A stretch of DNA of 64,000 bases, from assembly GCF_009914755.1 (NCBI RefSeq), contig NC_060944.1; one strand, given 5' to 3'. The DNA is from the human T2T-CHM13v2.0 reference genome, Homo sapiens. This document shows positions 33,566 through 44,250 of this stretch, in pieces (the first letter of the stretch is position 1; each line of letters opens with the position of its first letter). The notes below the pieces were generated by a model, which saw nothing but the letters and a program-made list of their open reading frames with translations, was not told the origin of the DNA and did no database searches. Made by a program: the position numbers and the translations under genes.

Positions 33566-34166
33566 CTGATAAAAAATGGAACGGAGTAGCCAAGTAAGAC
33601 CGAAGGCAACTATGAACGCATGGCATCCAAAGGGCAGAAGGAAAAATCTGGCTGGAGGTGAGATAAGTGTAAGGGATGCTAGGGTCGAATCTCAATGGAA
33701 AGAAAACAACACCAGATACCTGACACGCTGTAAAAGGAGGTAAGGGAGAGGGAGAGAGGGTTCCTGGAGGGGGTGTTGAGTTGATATTCAAATGGTATCG
33801 TAGGAAGGAAGGCTCTAAAGGGCAAAGACGTTTAGAAGGAACGTGGAGCCAGAGTAGGTGCAGTCCCTTCTGACCGAAGGTAACGGTCTGCACGGGAGCC
33901 CGGAGCAGCATCTGTAACTTGGCCAGGAGCGGTCTGAAGGACGCGCCTCCACGGCTCTGGGGGCCTGTCGCGCAGGGTGCGAGGGGTGGTGCGCCGGGGT
34001 CAACCGTTCGGGGACCCGCCTAAGAAAGTTTGAGGGATGTGTCATTTGAGAGAAGGGTCAGAGGGTCTGGGCAGCAGGGTGGACAGGAAGGCTCCGGAAT
34101 ATTCAGTTGCGTCGCCGCGCGGAGGGGACAGGTCCGCGCCTCCCGGAGAGCGGGACCCGAGCGTAC

Positions 34167-34263
34167 CGCGCAGGCGCAGCCCCCGAGTGGGCGCCGCGGG
34201 CTTCGGCCCTGGAGCCGCTGTCACCGCCACTGCCGCCCGCCTCCAAGCGGCTCGGAGCAGCAT
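34167..34263 (-). CDS. NFS1: NFS1 coding exon 1 (ATG; mitochondrial targeting peptide MLLRAAWRRAAVAVTAAPGPKPAAPTRGLRLR)
   Basis: ATG at 34263; 97 nt; donor CGCG|GTACGC; Arg/Ala-rich presequence matching the NFS1 N-terminus. Confidence 0.97.
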
Positions 34264-34319
34264 GGTCCCGCTGGCAGAGCCCACCTTCCGAAGCCGCTGC
34301 AGTCCTGGGCCCCAGGCTC

Positions 34320-34348
34320 CCGGAAGTGCTGCCCGGCGCTCCGGAAGC
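34320..34348 (+). promoter_or_regulatory. Tandem ETS/GABPA (NRF-2)-type sites CCGGAAGTG (34320-34328) and CCGGAAGC (34341-34348)
   Basis: consensus match; tandem sites 21 bp apart between the divergent starts. Confidence 0.75.
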
Positions 34349-34379
34349 GATTCATCGGGCCGCGAGCGCCCTCCCCGTC

Positions 34380-34426
34380 GTTTTCCGTGAGAGACGTAGA
34401 GCTGAGCGACCCAGCCCGCGAGCGAG
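34380..34426 (+). other. ROMO1: ROMO1 non-coding exon 1 (start approximate)
   Basis: donor GAG|GTGAGG after 34426 (a second GAG|GTAGGC after 34431) upstream of the acceptor at 34607. Confidence 0.65.
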
Positions 34427-34607
34427 GTGAGGTAGGCGCCGGGCGACGCGGGGCCGGAACGCGAAGAGGGTGGTGGAGTCGGGCTACCCACTGATTTTCC
34501 TTCCCTTACTTCCCCTGAGCCCTTGGGCCCACTTCCCAGCCTACCGCTTCCGTCCCCGCCCGACTCTTGGGCCAGCGCCTGGGCCCACACTTTCCTATCC
34601 CCCGCAG

Positions 34608-34738
34608 ATGCCGGTGGCCGTGGGTCCCTACGGACAGTCCCAGCCAAGCTGCTTCGACCGTGTCAAAATGGGCTTCGTGATGGGTTGCGCCGTGGGCATG
34701 GCGGCCGGGGCGCTCTTCGGCACCTTTTCCTGTCTCAG
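34608..34738 (+). CDS. ROMO1: ROMO1 coding exon ([43 protein letters not shown]), reactive oxygen species modulator 1 / Mgr2 homologue
   Basis: ccccgcag|ATG; 131 nt; CAG|GTGAGG donor; recognisable ROMO1 sequence. Confidence 0.97.
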
Positions 34739-35772
34739 GTGAGGGGCGCGGGCGGTGATCTCTGGGCAGGACAACCAGACCTTCCGGCCCTGCCCCATTC
34801 GGCCTGGAGCCTGAACACAGCCTCCTTCTTTCGACTTCCCTCTCTGTCCCCTCGCGAGCCAGACTCATTCCAAACCACCTTCAATCTGTAAAGTCAGGTT
34901 GGAAGCGTCAGTGCTTAAGAATTTGAGCTTTAGAGTCAAAATGCTTTCTGGCCCTTTTCTTACTGGTTCGGTGACTTTAGGCAAGTTGGAGACTGGGTTT
35001 CCTTAAGTGTAGAATGAAGACAGTAGCATCTAACTTATAGAGTTGTAAAAATTCGATCAGCACACTTTGCACAGCATCTGGCACATATTAAGTGCTCAGT
35101 AACTAGTTACTACTGTTGCTTTTATTTTTTTTTCCAATTGCGCATAAGGAAAGAAACTCGTTCAGCGGTTTTACTATTCTGGATACAGGATACAGAGATA
35201 AAGCAGTTAAACTTTACACTCTAAAGGTCATTTTCACATTTAGAGGCTGTTATTGCCATATCCCTAGATTGTAAATTATCATTTACAGAGCACTTACTCT
35301 ATGTTAAGCACTGTGCTAAATACTGTAGTTTTCAAAATCCTGTAAATAATGTTGAGATGCCCATTTTACACTTGACACTATGTGTAAATTGTAGAGCTGA
35401 CTCTTGAACCCCCACCTTACTCCAAAATCATTAACACCAAGAAACTAAAAGACAGATGTCTTTATTGGGTCTTAAACTGCAGGCAACACCAGTCAAAAAA
35501 GCTGGTTTCTCTATGTATTTTACACTGCATCTGCTGCCTCCCACAAACTGAAGGCAGTTAATACGACATCCACCAGAAAAATACCCTGGAGACCCAGATG
35601 GATCTTTTTCCTTCTCATTACCCACCCCAGGTAGTAAGATATAATATCCAGTAAGTGGAAAATCAGATGTAGGGGTTGCTAGACTAGTGTTAGCAAAAAA
35701 TTGGAAAGGAGCAGTTAATACTCTTTCTGATATTTTTGTTACCAAATAGCTCCATCTTGGTTTCCTCCTCAG

Positions 35773-35881
35773 GATCGGAATGCGGGGTCGAGAGCTGATG
35801 GGCGGCATTGGGAAAACCATGATGCAGAGTGGCGGCACCTTTGGCACATTCATGGCCATTGGGATGGGCATCCGATGCTAA
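35773..35881 (+). CDS. ROMO1: ROMO1 last coding exon ([36 protein letters not shown])
   Basis: ttcctcctcag| acceptor; 109 nt; total 240 nt = 79 aa + TAA. Confidence 0.97.
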
Positions 35882-35933
35882 CCATGGTTGCCAACTACAT
35901 CTGTCCCTTCCCATCAATCCCAGCCCATGTACT

Positions 35934-35939
35934 AATAAA
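35934..35939 (+). terminator. ROMO1: ROMO1 polyadenylation signal AATAAA
   Basis: 52 nt after the stop codon, preceded by TGTA and followed by GT/T-rich sequence. Confidence 0.85.
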
Positions 35940-36565
35940 AGAAAGTCTTTGAGTAGTCAGTGTCCCTCTCTTAAAGGAATATTCTTCTCTCAGCCTATTA
36001 TCCAGCTTTGCCAAGGATCTTCTGCACTAAAGAGATGGACTAACGTAATGACTAGGGTTAGTATCTCTTTCACAAGGCCTGCCTCTCTTAATCCAAAATT
36101 GGAAAACTTGGGAGTGTCTAGTATTTTCCATAGATACTATTCAACTAATTACTCAGTACAACTCTGTGCTTGTTACTACGGTCACCATTTTAAAGGAGAA
36201 AAACTACTTCAAAAAATGGATTTATAAGCCGAAATTTCCTCAAGGTCACACATTGCATTATTTCCAAAGCAATGTTCATCCTGAGGTTGGTTGTTTCCTT
36301 GGTCGCCCAGGTTGGAGTGCAGTGGCACGATCTCGGCTTACCGCAACTTCTGCCTCCTGTGTTCAAGCGTTTCTCCTGCCTCAGCCTCCCGAGTAGCTGT
36401 GATAACAGGCACGTGCCACCATGCCTAGCTAAATTTTGTATTGTTAGGCTGGGCGCGGTGGCTTATGCCTGTAATCCCAGCACTTTGGGAGGCAAAGGCT
36501 GGTGGATCACAAGGTCAGGAGATGGAGACCATCTTGGGTAACACGGTGACACCCCGTCTCTACTA

Positions 36566-36790
<225 letters not shown>

Positions 36791-38601
36791 TCAAACTCTT
36801 GACCTCATGATCCACCCGCCTCCGCCTCCCAGTGTTCACATATACAGGCATAAGGCACCACGTCCAGCCCGAGGTTGTTATTTAGATATACCTAGTGGCT
36901 TTATCAGAAAAAGCAAAACAGTTCATCCACTGTAAAAAAAAATAGAAACTTCTGTAGCTTCTCAACTGGCTAAATTCCAGATGATTTTCTAACCACTCAT
37001 CAACAATCTATATAGCTTGCCCTCCACAAAACTTACTAGTTTGATGATAAAAAGCTTCTGTAATGAGGCAGTTGTCCATCTCACCTGCCCAGGCCACGCA
37101 GACCCTGGAGTTACTAACCCGCATTGCCCATTAAGCATTTCTTAAACAGAACTTTCAAAGATGGTAGTAATTATTATAAAGATAAAAGAAAACTAGATGA
37201 ACACTTTGGAACACTGACAGGCAGGAGGAAATTAAGGACATTACCAGATTAGTTACAGATTTTCGAACCAGTGGGATGCTGACTCAGGAACTGATTGGAC
37301 ATAAACAGTTTCACTCAGAATGAGCTGTTTTCTATGCACGACACTATTCAAGTTACTACACTCCAACCACATTTCCTCTGAACATTATTTACACACCAAA
37401 TTTCACTCTGGTAGCAACTAAATTTTGGCACAGATGAGATTAACCACTAAAGGCCACATTTGCTGGTCCAGTTCCCTAGAAAGCAATGACACAACAAATT
37501 TGTTAGGAAGACTTGGTTCAAGGGGAAAAACTGATAGCAGGAGATACTTTGGAAAAAGAGCACACTGACAGAGTGTCTCTGCCCCAAAGAACTCTGCAGT
37601 CTGGTATTGAAAAGTAAATTTTCAATGAGGCTGGGCGCGGTGGCTCATGCCTGTAATCCCGGCACTTTGGGAGGCCAAGGCGGACAGATCACTTGAGGTC
37701 AGTGTGAGACCAGCCGGGCTAACACCGTCTCTGCTAAAAATACAAAAATTAGCTGGGCACGGTGGTGCGCACCTGTCCCAGCTCTTCAGGAGACTGAGGT
37801 GGGAGAATTGCTTGAACCTGGGAGATGGAGCTGAGATCACATCACTGCACTCCAGCCTGGGCCAAAGAGCAAGACTCCATCTCAAAAAGAAAAAGAAATT
37901 GAACCTTGGGAGTTTCCATACAAATTAAATCACTAGAACAATTATTGGGATAAATGTCAAACAAAACGACTGATATGAAATTCTGAATAAGCCTGTAAAA
38001 CTTGTGCTTCAATGCTAACAAAAAAAAAAGTTGAACAAATGAGGTAAGGAACTCAGTATTTGAAGATAAGCTAGGAGCAGCATTTCCTACTCAAAAGATT
38101 TACCAAGAGATAAACAGTTGAAGAGAATTGAGTATAAATGGTGACAGCTTGCTTCCCAACTAGTATGAAAGCTCAAAACCCCTTAATACAGTAATATATG
38201 CACCTTATTTAATATATTAATATATAAATCAATTTTGGAAACCAGTTTGAAGTTAAGCCATTTTGTTAAGTATGTATTGTAAATGGTGAAAATTTCTTCA
38301 TAAATATGCCCAGACAATGCAGGAGACCAAGAATGCCCAGGTTTTAAGGCCAGGCTGTTTCCTTTTCTTTTTGGTAAACCCCTCAGTTTTGATACATTCT
38401 TCTAAAATACACAGGGCTAGACTCTAATAGAATAAAGGAATTCATGGGGGACAACGTGAGGGCAAGTTTCCGCAGACTCGGAACATTTTCCCAAGAGGCA
38501 AGTACTGAATTGAGACTAAAAGAAGCTAATTCTGTTCTCAAATTTCTGTAACTTTAAAACATTTGAAAAATGAAGATCTCCTGTGGCCTTTTTAAGAGAC
38601 T

Positions 38602-39376
38602 TTTATTTGAGTGGTTCTTACAAAGATTGTTGCAATATGAAAGTCATTTGTTTGATAGAAATATCAAGCTGTCTTGTCAAACACACTGAAGTAACCCAAA
38701 AATATATTTCAGAGCTCACAGAGCTTAAAAAGAGCAAAGATTATATGCAACCAGACAAAACCTATTTCTGCATTTCCTATTTCTTTCTCAGACTGCTTTG
38801 CCTACCAGACTCTCACGTTTAAACATCTTCAGGAAATGCAGGGATCATTTTGTTTGGAATTTTAAGACACACCAGAACACATAGTATTTACAAAGAAACT
38901 TTTACAGATACATTAATTGAAAAGATACCATCAAGAAATATAATTTTGAAATCTCCCTTTCTTGCCAATTGATCAGAATGCAAGATGAGATGCTAACCAA
39001 ACAGCCCTTTAGCTGTCTTGTATTTCCATACACTAAATGTGTATTTCAGAAACTGCTCAACCATCAGCCAAATATCAACATTAGTGAAATGTGAAATGTA
39101 ACCACTGTGTAAAAAGTTAGGCTTCTGAAACATTAAAAACATTACATCCCTGGTCTGCCTTTTTACAGAAAGCACATTTGTTCTCCTAGAGCTATTCCTA
39201 TAGTTCATTAATTTTCTACATGAACATTTTAAAAGGCAGAACAAGAGAACAGTTTTGTATACAGTGGGATTTACTATTTAGGGAGAATGAGCACACTGCA
39301 TTCCTGTTAACATTTTTATTTTTTCAAGGTAACAGGAAATTGCATACAAATGACAGTAGATCCTTGCCTCTTTATT
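38602..39376 (-). terminator. RBM39: RBM39 3' UTR polyadenylation signals: AATAAA at 39371-39376, 39315-39320 and distal 38602-38607
   Basis: + strand tttatt hexamers in an Alu-free AT-rich UTR. Confidence 0.7.
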
Positions 39377-39455
39377 TTTATCTAAATAAAAGATAACTCA
39401 AGATGAATTCTCAAGAAAGAAAAAAAGCTATATACATAAGGGACTATATCTTCCT

Positions 39456-39556
39456 TCATCGTCTACTTGGAACCAGTAGCTGTGTTGCTGTCATAGAATC
39501 AGGAAACAGGTTGTGGTAAGTTGGAAGAGGTACATATGCTGCTGTTATCATTTTAC
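39456..39556 (-). CDS. RBM39: RBM39 last exon coding part: GKMITAAYVPLPTYHNLFPDSMTATQLLVPSRR*
   Basis: taatag| acceptor after an 86 nt intron; TGA at 39456-39458. Confidence 0.97.
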
Positions 39557-39642
39557 CTATTAAAAGAAACAGACATGTTGGGTTTAGCATCTTCATTATA
39601 GAGCCTTAATAACAATCAGTCAAAAAATAAATTCAAACTCAC

Positions 39643-39721
39643 CAGCAAACCACCTGCCATGCAATGCATTGACAGCAGCAATAGCTGCAGCAATTGATGG
39701 GCACTTCACATACACATTGCC
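39643..39721 (-). CDS. RBM39: RBM39 exon (~16): GNVYVKCPSIAAAIAAVNALHGRWFA (UHM RxF motif)
   Basis: 79 nt, ctgtag| ... CTG|GTGAGT. Confidence 0.97.
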
Positions 39722-40199
39722 CTACAGAAAAAATGAAAAAAAAGGTAAAGATGTTGCTGTATGCAAAATGGACCCAAGTTATGTTTATTCAAGTTGCCTG
39801 TAGAAACTTAGTGCTCTATAACCACAAACTGGTTTACCATAATGGTTCCACTGGCTAATAGGTATACTAGAATTTTATTAAAAAATGACTTCTACTCTCA
39901 AATTTGCCGTTTTATCTTTTCTCTACGATTTGTATGCAGCCTAAGAATGAATCAAGATGCCAAGATTTCATGGCAAGCTTTGAGCATTACTAGAAATCCT
40001 CTCATACCCTGATCAAATTGTTACTGATTTTCTTTTATTTTGGAGGGTTTATTTAGCCACTATATTAAAGCTACTTTCAGGCACACACACACAAAAACTA
40101 TAATGGAAGACGGTTAACCATAACATGCACCACATAATGTGCGAAGATTAAGGTAGAGACGAACAACCTAACATCATTTATAAAAAAAGATGAAAATAC

Positions 40200-40305
40200 C
40201 TGAGCTGAATTTTTGTCAACATAAATATGAATAACTCCTCCATGTTTATTACATTCTTCAATCACATCATCCTTAATCTCGGTATCCCATCCAACTTCTT
40301 CTTCT
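40200..40305 (-). CDS. RBM39: RBM39 exon (~15): EEEVGWDTEIKDDVIEECNKHGGVIHIYVDKNSAQ
   Basis: 106 nt, ttacag| ... CAG|GTATTT; acidic UHM helix. Confidence 0.97.
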
Positions 40306-41788
40306 CTGTAAGAAAGTATTAAGGACTCTTAAATACTATTGAAACTAACAAACTATATATTTACAAATGTATCAAAAAATTTAAATATTCTATGAATTAA
40401 AAAAAATACTTTGGAAAAAAAGCACATTGACAGAACGTCTCTGCCCCAAAGAACACTGCAGTCTGGTATTGAAAAATAAATTTTCAATGAGGCCGGGCGC
40501 GGTGACTCATGCCTGTAATCCCAGCACTTTGGGAGGCCGAAGTGGGCAGATCACCAGAGATCAGGAGTTTGAGACCAGCCTGGCCATGATGGAGAAATCC
40601 GGTCTCTACTGAAAATCCAAAATTTAGCCACGAGTGGTGGCAGATGCCTGAAATCCCAGCTATTCAAGAGGCTGAAGCAGGAGAATCGCTTGAGCCTAGG
40701 AGGCTGAGGTTGCAGTGAGCCAGTATCAAATCCCTGCATGCCAGCCTAGGTAACTCCGTCTCAAAAAAAAAAAAAAGTTAAAAGATACAGATAGGGCTCT
40801 GGGGAAAATCAAAGCAAAATAAGATAGAAAATATTGATCCCATCCTACTTTATGACTCTGCATAACTTGAAAGTGACTTTTAAATAGTTAAATGGGCCAG
40901 GCGCAGCAGCTCATGCCTGTAATTTCAGCACTTTGGGAAGCTGAGGCGGGCACATCACTTGAGGTCAGGAGTTCAAGACCAGCCTGGCCAACATGGCGAA
41001 ACCCCAGCTCTACTATAAAAATACAAAAATCAGCCAGGCATCATGGCACACGCCTGTAATCCCAGCACTTTCGGATGCTGAAGCGAGCAGATCACTTAAG
41101 GTCAGGAGTTCGAGACCAGCCTGGCCAACACGGCAAAACCCTGTCTCTACTAAAAACACAAAAGTAGTTGGGCGTGGTGGTGTGCACTTGTAATCCCAGC
41201 TACTCGAAAGGCATGAGAACTGCTTGAACCTGGGAGATGGAGGTTGCAGTGAGCTAAGATAGAGCCGGTGGCGCCACTATACTCCAACCTAGACTGAGAC
41301 TCTGGCTCCAACAAAAAAAGTTAAATACTTCAATGCTATCAAATGATACTTACAACGAAAGTTTATCACCATTTCATAGATAAAACTAAAGTAAATTTGG
41401 TACTGGGAAAACAAAAGAATTCAAGACTCTTTGGATGAAACAGTCATACAATTGTCATTATGTGAAATGTAACTTATTGAAATCGAAACAAAAATCTACA
41501 TTTTGATTGGATGTACTATATTATAAATATGATTTATAAAACCAATGAGAAGAGTTAAAAAATAGCATTCTAATCACTAGCTAGGCATAGTTACTAGCAT
41601 TCTAATGCTAATAGTTATTAGCATCCTAATCACTAGCTAGGCATAGTTTCCGCACCTGGCCGAAAAATTATTTTAAAAGGATCAAAACTATGCAGTTTCA
41701 AATGAAATACGGAAATACCAGGCCGGGCCCGGTGGCTCATGCCTGTAATCCCAGCACTTTGGTAGGCTAAGGTGGGCGGATCACCTCA

Positions 41789-42000
<212 letters not shown>

Positions 42001-42002
42001 TT

Positions 42003-42033
<31 letters not shown>

Positions 42034-42095
42034 TATATAAAACAACTCTATTGACGCCTTGATAGGAAATATCAAGAATAAAGTCCATTACTTAC

Positions 42096-42177
42096 GTTTG
42101 AGGGTTAAACATGTTAGAGAGTTGGAAACATTGTGTTGCAAGTGGCTGAACAGAGGCAGCTGCAGCTAAAGCTGAAG
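42096..42177 (-). CDS. RBM39: RBM39 exon (~14): ASALAAAASVQPLATQCFQLSNMFNPQ (start of UHM/RRM3)
   Basis: 82 nt, ttttag| ... AAC|GTAAGT. Confidence 0.96.
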
Positions 42178-44199
42178 CTAAAAAAAGAAAGAGAAAAATT
42201 AGTTTCATGGAAAATGCATGAAAGTATCCCTCATAAATACTTTAAAACGAAACCAAAAACCCACCCCAAGCATGTAACTAGGATGTCACTGGAGTTATTT
42301 TACCTTATTTAATATTGCTACTAATGTATGTTATCAGTAGCTTTTAGGTGCCAGAAAACTGAGGTAACCTAATACTTGAAACAGACATTCAGAAATTTGG
42401 GAGTCCTATTTTAACAGGGAAATTAAACTTTATGTGTTATCAAAATCAGTTCAATTAGACAAAATCTCAATACACATCAATCCAAACAGATGAAGGATAA
42501 AATAGATTTGAGTTTATACCCAAATAAGAGGGGATAATAAAACAAAATCCTTTGAAATGCCAAATAAATCTATATCCTTTCCTATTTCTTCGCTTTCTGC
42601 CCACGAAGTTTTTTAAATCTACAAATTATTAAAGAATTAAGACATATAAAATCATCCAAGTGTTTAAAGACAATGTCCTAGAAAAATAAATCCTATTAAC
42701 AATCCTATTAAAAATAAATCCTATTAATAAATCAAATGTTTTAAAAATGTTTTCGCACAATAAAAGAACACTGAAAAGAGCAGCATATATGTGTAATATC
42801 CACTACTACCAAAACATACTGGGGTTTGAAGTTTAAAGAGCATTTTCCAAGACAGTTGCTCCAATGCTTTCACGTGATTTACAAAAATATTACCAGTAGC
42901 TGTTACAGAACTCACCGTAATCATATTATCTGACCAAATTTCATTCCAAAACATAATAACAAACAAAGCTAAGGATAAAACAGTGCATTAGAAATTATGG
43001 TAATTAAAATAAACGATCACTTAAAGTATCAGAAATATTACACCGAGAAATTAGGGCTGTGCATGAAATATATCATAAATGATAACTTTCTGGTAGCATT
43101 ACAGGTGCTTTAGCTTCTCTGTAACATATAAGTTTTTTCTTTCATAAAGTTTTATTTTAAATAAAACAAAATTTTAATATAACATGTCAAATTCTGCTGG
43201 AAAAAAGTTAAAGATTCGAGAGTGTATTATAACTGTGCAAAAATGAAGCTCACTGTGTAGCTTACAGAAGATATGGAAGTATCCTTAAAAAAAACTAGAA
43301 AGTCTAAACAGAACTGAGGAAGACTTGATTCTTCCAGTTTCTCAAGTTTAGTATGATTATATACTATGAATACTAAAAAATATTAAGAAAACGTACTATA
43401 CAAACATTCACGTTCAAGCTAGATCAATGCAGAACACAGTAAATCTAGGAAAATCTTTTAAAAATCTCTTAACAAAACAGCACTGATTAGAAGCATCTTG
43501 TTTGTGAAAAAATTTAATTCTTGACTGTGATGGAACATGACATATCTTTCTCATAATCATTTCCCTAAACATTAAGCATACTCCTACAAAAGATATAGAA
43601 CTTACATTAACAGCAAAATGCTCATGTCAAGCAACAGAGATTTAGTGATAACTAAAAACAAGAAATCATAGCCTACTTAATGAATGGTTTCTCTGAAATG
43701 TGCATGTAATTTAAGTATGTATAAACCTCTTATTGCTTGGTACTGGCTTAAATAAATCACTGAGTACTATGTCTTAAGCAAAAAAAGGTGAGTTTTATAG
43801 CATGATTCACAACTTTATACTAAGACAACTTCCAGATTCCAGGTTCTAAAATACTTGCCTACTCGTTAATAAGAGAATACTTCATTTCCTGACTTCTATA
43901 TGCAACTTATCAACACTTAGAACACACAGGTAGGCATAAAACAAAAACAAGGTTGAAAATTTTAAGCAAACTAAAGCAAAAAAAAAAATTGTTATTTTGA
44001 TTTTTTTTAAGTCCATTAATTTGGGTTAGGTCTTCTGAAATACAGACAGATTACTATGAATATACCACTATGTGTCACTGTGTCAAAATTTGGTCCAAAT
44101 TACTGGTATAAAAATATGACAATAAATATAGAAAACTGTCTTACTACATTTAATTCTATTTCAAAGACAAAAATAAAAAATATGAACACTTCAACTCAC

Positions 44200-44250
44200 C
44201 TTCAGTCTGCTGGGAAAGTCTTGTTTGCAAATCTATAACAAAAGAGAATT
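44200..44250 (-). CDS. RBM39: RBM39 exon (~13): EFSFVIDLQTRLSQQTE; alternative acceptor at 44232 removes 6 aa
   Basis: 51 nt (33 nt short form); ctgtag| and ttatag| acceptors; AAG|GTGAGT donor. Confidence 0.95.

Larger units (their letters stand above)
33880..34860. promoter_or_regulatory. CpG island / bidirectional promoter shared by NFS1 and ROMO1
   Basis: very high GC and CpG density; NFS1 ATG and ROMO1 first donor are about 165 bp apart, head-to-head; boundaries approximate. Confidence 0.9.

Noticed and set aside
34042-34647. 201 aa - strand ORF extending the NFS1 frame upstream through ROMO1 exons, plus overlapping + strand ORFs at 34030-34494
   Set aside because: Non-ATG start and stop-poor GC-rich CpG island; the upstream part lies beyond the likely NFS1 TSS; only the exon 1 portion is real
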